DNA from: an uncultured virus (IMG/VR IMGVR_UViG_3300046517_000746)
Lineage: Duplodnaviria; Heunggongvirae; Uroviricota; Caudoviricetes
Virus record (IMG/VR): IMGVR_UViG_3300046517_000746
Length of the DNA stretch: 64,000 bases
Reading direction: 5' to 3' (one strand)
This document shows positions 35,510 to 46,500 of the stretch, in pieces. The notes beneath the pieces are model-generated. The model was not told the DNA's origin. It made no database searches and saw only the letters and a program-made list of their open reading frames with translations. Each line of letters opens with the position of its first letter. Positions within the stretch are counted from its first letter, which is position 1. The position numbers and the translations under genes were made by a program.

Positions 35510-36997
35510 GTGGAGAAGCAGCTAGTTGATTGGCTGGCTTCGGTTTCCGCTAACCCATTAGCGTTTGTAATGGGCGCCTTCCCTTGGGGAGTGGTGGATA
35601 CTCGTCTCGAACACGAAAGCGGACCTGAACAATGGCAAATGGAGATCCTCGAACTCATTCGCCTTGGCCTTCCAATCGATTCAGCAATTCAGTTGGCCGT
35701 GGCGTCAGGCCACGGAGTAGGCAAGACCGCCCTAGTCGCCTGGATCATCCTCTGGGGCCTAACAACTATGTCCGATACCAAGGGCGTGGTCACAGCTAAC
35801 ACCGAGACCCAGCTAAAGACCAAGACCTGGGCCGAACTCGGCAAGTGGTTCCACATGTTTGTGGGCAACTCCTACTTCAAGCTCACCGCTACCGCTATCT
35901 TCCAACCAGAACGTGAACGGACCTGGCGCATCGACATGGTTCCGTGGTCCGAACGCAACACCGAGGCCTTCGCAGGACTACATAACAAAGGGAAGCGCAT
36001 AATCCTTCTGATGGACGAGGGTTCGGCGATCCCAAATGTAATCTACGAAGTCTCGGAAGGGGCACTCACGGATAAAGACACCCAGATCATCTGGTGCGTC
36101 TTTGGCAACCCAACCCGAAACACTGGCCGCTTCCGTGAGTGCTTTCCTGGCCAACTCCACTCCAAGCATTGGAAGACCTTCCAAGTCGACTCCCGCACCG
36201 TCCGCTTCACCAACAAGGAACAAATCAACAAGTGGATCGAGGCCTACGGCGAAGATAGCGACTTCGTTCGCATCCGTGTCCGCGGCACCTTCCCCCGTAC
36301 CGGCGAGCAAGAATTCATCTCCGCTACCGATGTCGAGAACGCAATGGGCCGAGATCCCTCTTCCGAACTCACCGACCCTCTAGTAATAGGAGTCGACGTT
36401 GCAAGATACGGATCAAACGAAAGCGTTATCTACTTCCGCAAAGGTCGAGACGCACAGAGTATTCCGCCCATCCGACTTCGGGGAGTATCCACAGTTGAAC
36501 TCGCAGGGAAGGTATCAGAACTTTACTTTAAGTACCATGTGGACGCTATTTTTATTGACGGCGGTGGTGTTGGCGGTGGTGTTGTGGACAATGTGAGAGC
36601 TCTTCATCTTTTCTGCTACGACATTCAATTCGGCTCCAAGCCTTCCGGCTTTGGCTTCATGCAAGGGGTCGAAGGCGAGAAGTACGCCAACAAACGCGCT
36701 GAGATGTGGGGGTCGCTTCGTGCTTGGCTGAAGACTGGTTCTGTCCCCCAGGATCCTGACCTCCGAGCACAACTAGTTGCCCCCACATACACCTACAACC
36801 TTCGTAACGAAATCCAACTCGAGCGCAAGGAAGACATGACCAAACGTGGCCTCGAATCCCCCGACATCGCCGATGCCCTTGCCCTCACCTTCGCTATGCC
36901 AGTTGCCAAACACATCCACGCTGGCCGAGACGGCCCACAGAAACCGCTGATCGAATGGGAATACAACCCATTCTCCGAAGAAAGAATGTCCGCATGA
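35510..36997 (+). CDS. terL: Terminase large subunit
   Basis: ASGHGVGKT, LLMDEGS, GNPTR, IGVDVARYG, SPDIADAL. Confidence 0.95.
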   Translation: MEKQLVDWLASVSANPLAFVMGAFPWGVVDTRLEHESGPEQWQMEILELIRLGLPIDSAIQLAVASGHGVGKTALVAWIILWGLTTMSDTKGVVTANTETQLKTKTWAELGKWFHMFVGNSYFKLTATAIFQPERERTWRIDMVPWSERNTEAFAGLHNKGKRIILLMDEGSAIPNVIYEVSEGALTDKDTQIIWCVFGNPTRNTGRFRECFPGQLHSKHWKTFQVDSRTVRFTNKEQINKWIEAYGEDSDFVRIRVRGTFPRTGEQEFISATDVENAMGRDPSSELTDPLVIGVDVARYGSNESVIYFRKGRDAQSIPPIRLRGVSTVELAGKVSELYFKYHVDAIFIDGGGVGGGVVDNVRALHLFCYDIQFGSKPSGFGFMQGVEGEKYANKRAEMWGSLRAWLKTGSVPQDPDLRAQLVAPTYTYNLRNEIQLERKEDMTKRGLESPDIADALALTFAMPVAKHIHAGRDGPQKPLIEWEYNPFSEERMSA

Positions 36998-37191
36998 GCC
37001 AAATCTTCTCAAAAGGCCAGGCAATGCCAGCCACCCCTGAGCCACCACCCGTTCCACCTCTTGCGCTACAGTCAGACAAACGTCCACAGAAGAAACCACA
37101 GCAACCCTCCTTCCTCGCCGATACAACTACCCCAGGCGGAATAGTCGGCGCACCCTCAGGCGCTGGGGGCAAAACTCTCTTAGGTCAATAG
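36994..37191 (+). CDS. Small Pro-rich pre-portal protein
   Basis: ATGA coupling; ends in KTLLGQ, as expected for pre-portal genes in this phage type. Confidence 0.6.
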   Translation: MSQIFSKGQAMPATPEPPPVPPLALQSDKRPQKKPQQPSFLADTTTPGGIVGAPSGAGGKTLLGQ

Positions 37192-37221
37192 CACAGTCAA
37201 CGCCAACAGGACCCCCATTCA

Positions 37222-37416
37222 ATGCCAGTCGTTCCCTTCTCCCCTTCCGCCGCCCCTGGGATCCCGGATGATCTCAAACCTTCCCAATCCCACCTCTTGA
37301 TGGCAGCTGCGCAAATGCACGAGGCGGGACAACTCGGCCCTACGGAAGAATCAAAGAACCCAATCGTCCAGAAGGACAAGTCCACGAGTGCCAAGCGTAC
37401 CCGAAGCCGACCTTAA
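37222..37416 (+). CDS. Hypothetical protein
   Basis: Short ORF before the portal. Confidence 0.4.
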   Translation: MPVVPFSPSAAPGIPDDLKPSQSHLLMAAAQMHEAGQLGPTEESKNPIVQKDKSTSAKRTRSRP

Positions 37417-39121
37417 GCTCCGACGCCACGTCGAGGGCCGCCTTACCGGCCTCCGTGTCAATCGCTACTCTTGGTGGACCCATGCCCGTGAACTAGCCGA
37501 CTACATCCTCCCTCGGAGGTACAAATGGCTTATAACCCCGAATCAAATGGCCCGTGGCTCGCCTATCAATCAACATATCCTGGACTCCACCGGCACTTTA
37601 GCAGCAAGGAACTTAGCGTCGGGACTTATATCTGGCGTATCGAGCCCCACGAGGCCTTGGATCAAATTGAAAATCAATCGTATCGACTCGACCCAAACCT
37701 CACCGGTCAGTTTATGGCTTGCTGAGTGTGAACGCCTTCTAATGCTCATCTTCTCCGAGAGCAACTTCTACAACTCCATCGCCACATTATATTTTGATCT
37801 GGTCGTCTTCGGCACTGGCGTTATGCTCATCTACGAAGACTTCGAGAACGTAATCCACTGCTACAACCCCTGCTTCGGCGAATACTACATCGACCTCGAT
37901 GGGCAATACCGTCCTTGCGTCTTTTATCGTGAATTCACCATCACCGTCTCAGGTGTTGTTGACGAATTCGGCTTCGAGAACTGCTCCCCTGCCGTCCAGG
38001 CCCTCTATAAAGACGGTGGCTCCTCCCTTACTCGAGAACTGGTCGTAGCCCACGCCCTCGAACCCAACGTCGGCAAGATCGACTATGGCGTTAACAAAAG
38101 GTTCAAATACCGTGAGTGCTATTGGGAATGGGGCGGTTCTGCTTCCCCACAAGGCGGCGCTAGCTACGCCCAAGGCTTCCTACGCAAACGAGGCTATCAT
38201 GAACAACCTAACATTGCCGTTCGGTGGGACCTTGTATCTAATGACGCCTACGGACGATCCCCAGGTATGGATGCTCTTCCAGATATCAAACAGCTTCAAC
38301 AGGAGGTCCGTCGGAAAGCACAAGCTATCGACAAATCCGTCAACCCGCCTATGGAAGCAGACATCCAACTCAAGAACCAACCAGCCTCTCTCCTTCCCGG
38401 AGGCATAACCTACACCGCCGGTCTCTCCCAAACCGGCAACCCTGGCTTCCGTTCCGTCTACGGCAACTGGAAACCAGGTATCCAAGAAATCTCCCAAGAT
38501 CTCCAAGAGATCCGAGACAGAATAAAAAGGGTATTCTTCAACGATGTCCTCCAAACCGCATCCCAGTACGAAACCCGTTCCAACGTCACCGCCGTTGAGT
38601 GGGACATGCGAAAATCTGAGTCCTTGGTCATGCTCGGACCAGTACTTCAGAGAATTTATGACGAGGGCCTTAAGCCTGTGGTCGAACGAGTCTTTGCTAT
38701 CGCAGCCCGAGCAGGAATTCTACCACCTGCTCCTCAACAGTTCCAAGGAGCCGCTATTAACATAGAATTCATCTCCATGCTCGCCGTTGCGCAATCCGCT
38801 GCCTCCACCGCAGGGATAGAGCGCCTTCTCCAGATCGCAGGCGGCCTCGTTGGCGTCGATCCTGCCGTTATGGACAACATCGACATCGATTTCTGCCTCG
38901 ACAAGTACTCCTCTCTGATGAACAACGACCCACGCATCATCCGCTCACCAGAAGAGCTCCAACAAATCCGTGCCCAACGTCAACAGCAACAACAAGCGCA
39001 GCAAGCGCAGCAACAAGCCGAAATGGCAGAGAAATACGCTGCAAGCGCTAAGAACCTCAGCGCCACCGACGTTGGGGGAGGACAAAACGCCCTACAAGCA
39101 ATAACAGGAGGTCCGCAATGA
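37388..39121 (+). CDS. Portal (head-to-tail connector, T7 gp8/BPP-1 type)
   Basis: ILDSTGTLAARNLASGL...RW...YGRSPGMDALPDIKQLQ...TAVE...MLGPVLQR. Confidence 0.92.
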   Translation: MPSVPEADLKLRRHVEGRLTGLRVNRYSWWTHARELADYILPRRYKWLITPNQMARGSPINQHILDSTGTLAARNLASGLISGVSSPTRPWIKLKINRIDSTQTSPVSLWLAECERLLMLIFSESNFYNSIATLYFDLVVFGTGVMLIYEDFENVIHCYNPCFGEYYIDLDGQYRPCVFYREFTITVSGVVDEFGFENCSPAVQALYKDGGSSLTRELVVAHALEPNVGKIDYGVNKRFKYRECYWEWGGSASPQGGASYAQGFLRKRGYHEQPNIAVRWDLVSNDAYGRSPGMDALPDIKQLQQEVRRKAQAIDKSVNPPMEADIQLKNQPASLLPGGITYTAGLSQTGNPGFRSVYGNWKPGIQEISQDLQEIRDRIKRVFFNDVLQTASQYETRSNVTAVEWDMRKSESLVMLGPVLQRIYDEGLKPVVERVFAIAARAGILPPAPQQFQGAAINIEFISMLAVAQSAASTAGIERLLQIAGGLVGVDPAVMDNIDIDFCLDKYSSLMNNDPRIIRSPEELQQIRAQRQQQQQAQQAQQQAEMAEKYAASAKNLSATDVGGGQNALQAITGGPQ

Positions 39122-39288
39122 CAATAGGTCTGATCTTTTGGGTTATCATGCTACTATGGATCCTCGGTTGGGTAGGTAGCATCTACGCACCTGGCCAATA
39201 CCCCTACGCCCACGCCACCACCCTAATGCTCTTCATTCTTCTCTTTCTTCTTGGCTGGCACGCTTTCGGCTTCATAATACGAGCATGA
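39118..39288 (+). CDS. Small two-TM membrane protein (holin candidate)
   Basis: MTIGLIFWVIMLLWILGW...LMLFILLFLLGWHAFGFII; GGAGG SD; coupled on both sides. Confidence 0.6.
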   Translation: MTIGLIFWVIMLLWILGWVGSIYAPGQYPYAHATTLMLFILLFLLGWHAFGFIIRA

Positions 39289-39698
39289 GCTACAACGCAG
39301 CTGAACGAAAGGACGTTCGTCGTGCAGAGAAAGATGCAAAACTCGCCGAACAACAACGACGAGAAGTCATTGTGGGACTCATGTCTGCCATACCCGGTAG
39401 GAGATGGGTGTTGGAGACTCTTGAGTCGTGTCACATATTCCGCACCAGCTACAACCGAGACCCCACAACCATGGCCTTCATGGAAGGCCAGCGAGACATC
39501 GGCCTCCGCCTCCTCAACGACATCATGGCCTCCTGTCCAGACGACTACATCCTAATGATGAGGGAATCAAATGAGCGACGTAGCACTAGCGAACGAACCA
39601 GAGATCCGAACGCCAACGGGCGAGATCAAGGATCAGACCTCGACCCCTCCATCTACGGAGACGAAGCCTCCTCCGGAGACGAAGCCACCAGAGACTAA
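39285..39698 (+). CDS. BPP-1 Bbp19-like protein
   Basis: GRRWV...MAFMEGQRDIGL. Confidence 0.7.
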   Translation: MSYNAAERKDVRRAEKDAKLAEQQRREVIVGLMSAIPGRRWVLETLESCHIFRTSYNRDPTTMAFMEGQRDIGLRLLNDIMASCPDDYILMMRESNERRSTSERTRDPNANGRDQGSDLDPSIYGDEASSGDEATRD

Positions 39699-40257
39699 GC
39701 CACCCGAAGACAAGTCCTCTCTTCTTAACAAAGACGTTAAGAAAGAACCCGCCTCCGGCGCTCCAGAGAAGTACGAAACCTTCAAAGTCCCCGAAGGCCA
39801 CGAGATCTCCGAGGACACCTCGAAGGAAATCAACTCCCTCTTCAAAGACCTAAACCTTTCCCAAGACCAAGGACAGAAGCTCATCGACTACTACACCAAA
39901 ACCAACCAAGAAGCCTTCGACGCCCCATTCAAGGCATGGGAAGACGTTCAAGAGAGATGGATCAACGAAGTAAAGCTCGATCCAGAGATGGGCCATAAGC
40001 TCCCTGAGATCAAAGCCACCATTGGCAAAGCCATCGACGGCCTAAACGATCCCAAGCTCGGCACGGCCTTCCGTGAAGCAATGGACTTCACCGGCGCTGG
40101 TAACAACCCCGCCTTCATCAAGGCCTTCTGGCGCCTTGCGCAATCCGTTACCGAAGGCGGCCACGTTGCTGGCGGTGGCCCTTCCCGCTTTGGCCAATCC
40201 ATCCCAGGCCAAGAGAAACCAACCATTGCCCAAGCCCTTTACCCGAAACTACCCTGA
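39571..40257 (+). CDS. Capsid scaffolding protein
   Basis: APEKYETFKVPEG...LNLSQDQGQKLID...GAGNNPAFIKAF; lies before the MCP. Confidence 0.75.
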   Translation: MSDVALANEPEIRTPTGEIKDQTSTPPSTETKPPPETKPPETKPPEDKSSLLNKDVKKEPASGAPEKYETFKVPEGHEISEDTSKEINSLFKDLNLSQDQGQKLIDYYTKTNQEAFDAPFKAWEDVQERWINEVKLDPEMGHKLPEIKATIGKAIDGLNDPKLGTAFREAMDFTGAGNNPAFIKAFWRLAQSVTEGGHVAGGGPSRFGQSIPGQEKPTIAQALYPKLP

Positions 40258-40341
40258 ACCCAGCCTCAGAGAGGACGAACCGCAAAGCGCAGATGGGAGA
40301 AGGATCGCAACCGTGAACTTAACCAGATAGGAGAGCCATAA

Positions 40342-41385
40342 ATGGCTACCTTAGGCGCAACGGCCCTAACTTATGCGGACTGGGCCAAACGGATGGGAGA
40401 TGACTACAGAGTCGCTGCGATCATCGAACTCCTCTCTCAGACCAACGAAATCCTCGACGATATGCTAGTCGTCGAAGGCAACTTGCCGACCGGACACAAA
40501 ACGACCGTCCGCACCGGCTTACCACAAGCAACTTGGCGCTTGCTGAACCAAGGCGTTCCAAATGCCAAGTCAACCACCGCTCAAATCGTTGACACCTGCG
40601 GCAACCTCGAAACCTACGCCGTAATCGACAAGGACATCGCTGACCTCAACGGCAACACCGCTGAGTTCCGCCTTTCCGAAGTCAAGGCCTTCCTCGAGGG
40701 CATGTCTCAGCAAGTGGCGACGACTCTGATCTACGGCAACCAGTTCACTAACCCAGAACGCTTCACTGGCCTTGCCCCACGCTACTCGACCGTAACCGCT
40801 GCGAACTCACAAACCGCTGCGAACGTACTCGACGCTGGCGGCACTGCTTCAGTGAACACTTCCCTCTGGATTGGCGTATGGGGTTCCGACACCCTCCACG
40901 CTACATTCCCAAAGGGCAAGATCACCGGCCTCCAACACCGGGACATGGGTGAGTGGCCAGTTCTCGACTCTGCTGGCAACACCTACCAAGCCTATCGAGA
41001 CCACTTCAAGTGGGAGATCGGTCTGGTCCTCCGTGACTGGCGTTACGTTGCACGAGTCTCCAACATTGACGTAACCCTCCTAACTGGCGTTAGCGCCGCG
41101 AACCTAATCAACCTCCTGGTCCGTGCCCTCTACCGCCTGCCTACCGCTCCAGTCTCTGCTTCCGCTGTCCAGACCTCCGACTCTCCAGAAGTCCGAGCAA
41201 ACATGGGCCGCACGGTTATCTACTGCAACCGTGTCCTTCGCACTTACCTCGACCTACAAGCGATGAACAAGACCAACGTGCTCCTCCGTATCGAGGAGTT
41301 CGACGGTAAGCCTGTCACAACCTTCCGAGGCATCCCCGTTCGGACCTGTGACGCAATTCTCAACAATGAAGCCCGGGTGGTGTAA
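40342..41385 (+). CDS. Major capsid protein (BPP-1 Bbp17-like), phage A
   Basis: IIELLSQTNEILDD...TTVRTGLP...FRGIPVRTCDAILNNEARV. Confidence 0.92.
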   Translation: MATLGATALTYADWAKRMGDDYRVAAIIELLSQTNEILDDMLVVEGNLPTGHKTTVRTGLPQATWRLLNQGVPNAKSTTAQIVDTCGNLETYAVIDKDIADLNGNTAEFRLSEVKAFLEGMSQQVATTLIYGNQFTNPERFTGLAPRYSTVTAANSQTAANVLDAGGTASVNTSLWIGVWGSDTLHATFPKGKITGLQHRDMGEWPVLDSAGNTYQAYRDHFKWEIGLVLRDWRYVARVSNIDVTLLTGVSAANLINLLVRALYRLPTAPVSASAVQTSDSPEVRANMGRTVIYCNRVLRTYLDLQAMNKTNVLLRIEEFDGKPVTTFRGIPVRTCDAILNNEARVV

Positions 41386-41386
41386 C

Positions 41387-41944
41387 ATGATCCTAGATGC
41401 ATCTCTCCAATTCACCGGCTTCCCGGCTACCGGCGGCATTGTCGTCACCGGGACCAACTTCGACCTGCCCACTACCGGCACGCAGGTCTCCTCCAACGTC
41501 ATCGACCTCCATATGCTTGGCATCCCGGTTCTAGCGAACCTTCAAGGTGCCCGAGACATGGGTATCGGTGACAGCCCTGCCTTGAAGATGCTAGTCCAAG
41601 TAACCACCGCCGTTACTGGCGGGACCAGCCTTCAAGTCATGCTCCAAGGGGCCCCTGACAACGGCGCTGGTATCCCAGGCACCTACGTTACTTGGTGGAC
41701 CTCGCCCGTCTACGCCGAGGCCTCCCTAACCGCTGGCGCCCGCCTGTACGACATGGACTTCCCACGTCCACCGGCAGGCGTCGGCATCCCTCGCTTCGTT
41801 CGCCTCCAATACGTCAGCGCAGGTACTCACTCCGCTGGTGCCGTTGGTGGATGGGTTGTACTCGATCGCATGGATCAGATGTACAACGCATTGAACAACG
41901 CAGTGATGGGCGGCTACCCGCCTGGCATCGTCATTGCTAACTAA
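41387..41944 (+). CDS. Capsid cement/decoration protein (Bbp16-like)
   Basis: MILDASLQF...SSNVIDL...RDMGIG...RFVRLQY; directly after the MCP. Confidence 0.75.
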   Translation: MILDASLQFTGFPATGGIVVTGTNFDLPTTGTQVSSNVIDLHMLGIPVLANLQGARDMGIGDSPALKMLVQVTTAVTGGTSLQVMLQGAPDNGAGIPGTYVTWWTSPVYAEASLTAGARLYDMDFPRPPAGVGIPRFVRLQYVSAGTHSAGAVGGWVVLDRMDQMYNALNNAVMGGYPPGIVIAN

Positions 41945-41955
41945 GGAGGAACCTC

Positions 41956-42162
41956 ATGCCAAACTACATCGTGGTTGATAACGACCTCCGACAAGATGTC
42001 GTCACCTCAACCAAAGCCTCTGGCCCGCAGCAGCACAAGATCGTGGTTGGCGCCCTCAATGGCCAGCTAATCTATGGCTACTCCGGCCAGGTCACCGGTA
42101 CTACCACCTTCTACGTCGTTGACCTCGGCCCTAACGTTGGCGAAGGGATAAGTGCGACATGA
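41956..42162 (+). CDS. Hypothetical protein
   Basis: AAGGAGG SD. Confidence 0.6.
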   Translation: MPNYIVVDNDLRQDVVTSTKASGPQQHKIVVGALNGQLIYGYSGQVTGTTTFYVVDLGPNVGEGISAT

Positions 42163-42566
42163 GGAACCTCAGAACACTCTGGATCGTGGGGGCCGCACTG
42201 GCCCTCACTTTCCCCGCTTCCGCGCAACCTGTCCTTATCCCAGGGACCACCGCTTCCGCCGCTATCACTGGAACCGTTGCAGCCTCCACTCGCATCGTCA
42301 CCGGCGTTGCAGGGAAGTCGATCTCCGTCACGTCAGTTGGCCTCGTTCCAGTTGCCACCGCAGCTGTTACCTTCACAACTGGCACTGGCGCTAACTGTGG
42401 TACTAACACAGCTAACGTCACCGGCGTTCTAACTTTCGCCGCGGGCCAAGTCCTGACCCTCGGCGATGGCTATGGCGCTATTTGGGTCCTGCCCGTCGGT
42501 TCCGATCTGTGCATTACGATCGCAACAGCGGTAGCGCCTGGATCTATCTCTTGGGGCATCTTCTAG
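42159..42566 (+). CDS. Hypothetical protein with signal-peptide-like N-terminus
   Basis: MRNLRTLWIVGAALALTFPASA. Confidence 0.6.
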   Translation: MRNLRTLWIVGAALALTFPASAQPVLIPGTTASAAITGTVAASTRIVTGVAGKSISVTSVGLVPVATAAVTFTTGTGANCGTNTANVTGVLTFAAGQVLTLGDGYGAIWVLPVGSDLCITIATAVAPGSISWGIF

Positions 42567-42576
42567 GGAGGCAACA

Positions 42577-43002
42577 ATGAAACGCTTAGCACTGTCTATT
42601 CCCTTCTTCTTCCTGGCATCCTTCGCCCTCGCGCAAACCGCCGTCCAAACCATCCCTGGCGATGCGGGGCCGATCAAGTTCGATATGGGCGGCAATGCCA
42701 CTCTTTCCGTCAAGAGGATGGTCAACGCCGGAACAGCGCCTGCCCTTTCCGCCTGCGGTGGCGCTGGCCTAGCTATCGTTGGCAACGACTTTGCTGGAAC
42801 CGTCTCCGTTGGCGCTACCCCCACAACCACTTGCACTATCACCTTCAACAACCCCTACACTAGCGCCCCGGCCTGCAACCTCACCTGGCCTACCGGCAAC
42901 CTCGCTGCTATGTCATGGACGAGCAGCACAACGGCGATTGTCGTAACGCAAACCTCAACCGCCAGCAACACAATCAACTACGTCTGCTTCACCAAACAAT
43001 AG
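42577..43002 (+). CDS. Hypothetical protein with signal-peptide-like N-terminus
   Basis: MKRLALSIPFFFLASFALA; Thr/Cys-rich beta domain. Confidence 0.6.
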   Translation: MKRLALSIPFFFLASFALAQTAVQTIPGDAGPIKFDMGGNATLSVKRMVNAGTAPALSACGGAGLAIVGNDFAGTVSVGATPTTTCTITFNNPYTSAPACNLTWPTGNLAAMSWTSSTTAIVVTQTSTASNTINYVCFTKQ

Positions 43003-43011
43003 GAGGCCCTT

Positions 43012-43542
43012 ATGGCTCGATGGCGCTTAACCGCTTCTCACTACCTCCACACCGTCCCGCCGACCGAGTGGGAGTATAAGGAAACCGACCGAAACACCGG
43101 CCGTCAGAACAGGATGGTCAGTAAGGTCCCGATGCTCCTCGATATCAAGGACCCGGCAGGCTTCAACTACCCAGAGCTTGGCGATATCATCGTAACCGAT
43201 GGGCACAACCCCGAGCGGAGGGATATTCAATTCGAAGGCCCTCCAACCATTGACATGGAGCCGATCGACGATGAGGCGAGGAAGATCACCCAAAGCTACA
43301 TCGACTCCGGTGCTTGGAGGAAGCCTACAGATAACGAACCGCATGGTGAAGGACTTATCAAGAGGTTTATGGAAGAGATAGCTAAGGCTCAATCGACTGG
43401 ACCCATCTCTGCTAGCGCAGTCGGAGCCAAGGAGTTTGCCGATCTCCAAGAGCAAGTCAAAGCCTTGATGGACCAGAACGCAAAGCTCCAAGAGGTCGCT
43501 AGCGCAGTCAACGACCCTCCATCTTCTAGAAGGGGCCTTTAA
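43012..43542 (+). CDS. Hypothetical protein
   Basis: AGGAGG SD. Confidence 0.65.
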   Translation: MARWRLTASHYLHTVPPTEWEYKETDRNTGRQNRMVSKVPMLLDIKDPAGFNYPELGDIIVTDGHNPERRDIQFEGPPTIDMEPIDDEARKITQSYIDSGAWRKPTDNEPHGEGLIKRFMEEIAKAQSTGPISASAVGAKEFADLQEQVKALMDQNAKLQEVASAVNDPPSSRRGL

Positions 43543-46500
43543 ATGGCCGACCTTGATCAATCACCAGCGGTACCGTATGAGTTTCTGTCCCAGGGCCCGA
43601 CCTTTGGATGGACGAAGCTCTTCAATCCACCAACCACCGGTGGAGGAGGGAGTGGTACGCCTGGAGGGATTGATCAGCAGATTCAATTCAATAACGCCGG
43701 GATCTTCGGCGGCCTGACCAATGCTCAAGTAACCTCTCGCATCGCAGTGTTCACTTCCCTGCTTGCCGGTGCTACTCCAGCTTCCGGCGGCGGGGTAGTC
43801 AACTTCCTCCGTGCTGATGGCTCTTGGCAACAGCCGATCACCGACAGCAACAAAGGCGACATCACCGTCTCTGGCGGCGCCACGACTTGGACAATCAACA
43901 ACCAAGCCGTCACCTACGCCAAGATGCAGCAAGCCACTACCGCTCGCTTCCTCGGTCGCATCACCGCTGGCACTGGCGTTATTGAAGAAGTAACCGGCAC
44001 GCAAGCCACTACCCTCCTTGACCTATTCACAACCTCTCTGAAGGGCCTCGCCCCCGCTTCCGGTGGCGGAACTGTTAACTTCCTTCGTGCCGACGGCACT
44101 TGGGCCCCTCCACCTTCTGGAGGTGGAACCAGCATCGCAATCGGTACCAGCACCGTCACTGGCGGCGTCACTACCCGCATCCTCTTCGACAACGCAGGCC
44201 TAGTTGGCGAATACGCTATCAGCGGCACCGGCGCTGTGGCGATGACAACGTCGCCAGTCCTCACAACCCCGAACCTCGACACCCCTTCTTCCGTCACCTT
44301 GACGAACGCCACCGGCCTCCCTGTCACTACCGGCATCTCTGGCCTCGGCGCTAACGTCGCAGCGTTCCTCGCCACCCCGAGTTCCGCTAACCTTATCGCA
44401 GCGATGACGAACGAGACAGGGACAGGCGCTCTTGTCTTCGCCACTTCCCCTACCCTAGTCACGCCGTTATTAGGAACTCCCACTTCCGGCCTCCTAACCA
44501 ACTGCACTGGCCTCCTCGCCACCGGCGGCGGCACCGGCCAGCAAGTCTACGTCAAAGGCGACATCCTCGTCAGTCCCGGCGCTAACACCCTCAACAAGCT
44601 CCCTGTCGGCACTGACACCTTCGTCCTAACCGCTGATTCCGCCCAAACCAATGGCATTAGGTGGGCAGCCTCATCCGGAGGCGCCGCCGCTATTGCAGTT
44701 GGCACTAGCACAGTCACAGGTGGCACGAGCACCAGAATTCTGTTCGATAACGTCGGCATCGTTGGCGAATACACCATCAGCGGCACTGGCAACGTCGCTA
44801 TGACTACCTCCCCTGCCTTCACCACGCCCGCCCTCGGCACGCCAACAGCCGGAGTCCTTACTAGCTGCACCGGCCTTCCCCTTTCCACTGGCGTTACTGG
44901 TAACCTCTCAGTCAACAATCTCAACTCCGGTACCGGTGCCTCTAACACCACCTTCTGGCGGGGAGACGGAACGTGGGCAGCGCCTGTCGCCGTCGTCGCC
45001 ATTGCCTCCACCACAATCACCAGTGGCGTTACCACTCGGGTCCTATTCGACAACGCCGGGGTTGTAGGTGAATACGTTATAAGTGGAACTGGCAACGTGG
45101 CCATGACCACATCACCGAGCTTCACAACTCCGCTTCTAGGAACGCCAACGTCAGGTACATTAACGAACTGCACAGGCCTCCCTCTGACTACCGGCGTTAC
45201 CGGCAATCTTCCCGTCACCAACCTCAACTCTGGCACCCTCGCTTCCTCGACCACCTTCTGGCGTGGTGATGGCACTTGGGCAACCCCTGCCTCTGGCGGC
45301 ACACCTGGAGGCACAACCACCCAAGTTCAATTCAACGACTCCTCTGCCTTCGGTGGCGACGCAGGCTTCATCTACGACAAGACCTTGGACATCGCCACCC
45401 TCGCAGGCGCCCTTGTCTCCCCGATCGTCGCAGGCGGAACAGGTGCAGCTTCCTCGTTGATCTTGGAAAGTACCAGCGGTTCGGGCACAACCGACCTTAT
45501 CCAATTCAAAACCGCACTCCAAGTCGAGCGCATGCGGATCAACAGCCTGGGCAACATCAACGTCGGTAGTGGCGCAAGCAACACCACCTTCGATGGCACT
45601 ACCCCGATCTTCGAGGTCGATAACAATAGCGCCTCCACCAGTTGGAGCATCGCCGCTCGGCGCTATGGCGCTAACGCCGACGCTCTCTCCCTGGTCTTCT
45701 CCAAGACCCGAGGCACCTCCGGCCCTAACGCCCACGCCGCAGTCGTCAACAACGACATCCTTGCCTCGATGGACATCTACGGCGACGACGGTACCGCCTT
45801 CAACTTCGTCGCTCAATGGAAGGTTGAAGTAGATGGCACCGTCGCCGCTGGCTCCGTTCCCTCTCGGATAAAGTGGCTTACCAGCACCGGCACTGGCGCT
45901 ACCCAACGCCTTCTCATCGACAAGGCCGGTAACATCGTCCCCGGCACCGCTGCCCTTGCTACTACCGCAACCGATACCTTCGTCTATCAAAACACCTGCG
46001 CCGGTCCACCAACAGGCATCCCCGCTTCCACCTACACCGGTCGTGTCCCGACAGTCATTGACAGTACCAACAACCGCGCTTATGCCTACATCTCCGGCTC
46101 TTGGACCAATCTCACTGGCTCTGGTGGTGGTGGAACCCCTGGTGGTGCTTCACTCACTCTCCAATACAACGCCGCTGGCACCTTCGGCGGAATGTCGGGT
46201 ACGTCCTGGGATAACACCAACCGATCACTGACAATGACCGGCGCTACGGTTACGGCCAGTAATCCTGTCTTGAGCATGACGCAGACGTGGAATAACGCCG
46301 CTGTTGCGTTCACCGCACTTGATATAAACGTCACCAACACAGCATCCAATTCCGGCCTGAACGCTCTCATAAATCTAAGAGTTGGTGGTACTAGTCAGCT
46401 AACCGTAAACGAGTTTGGCACTATGTTTGCCTTAGGCGGAATTGTCTCTGGCAGCACGACCAATACAGGTCCGATTGATGTAGGCGCAGCTAGGACCTCT

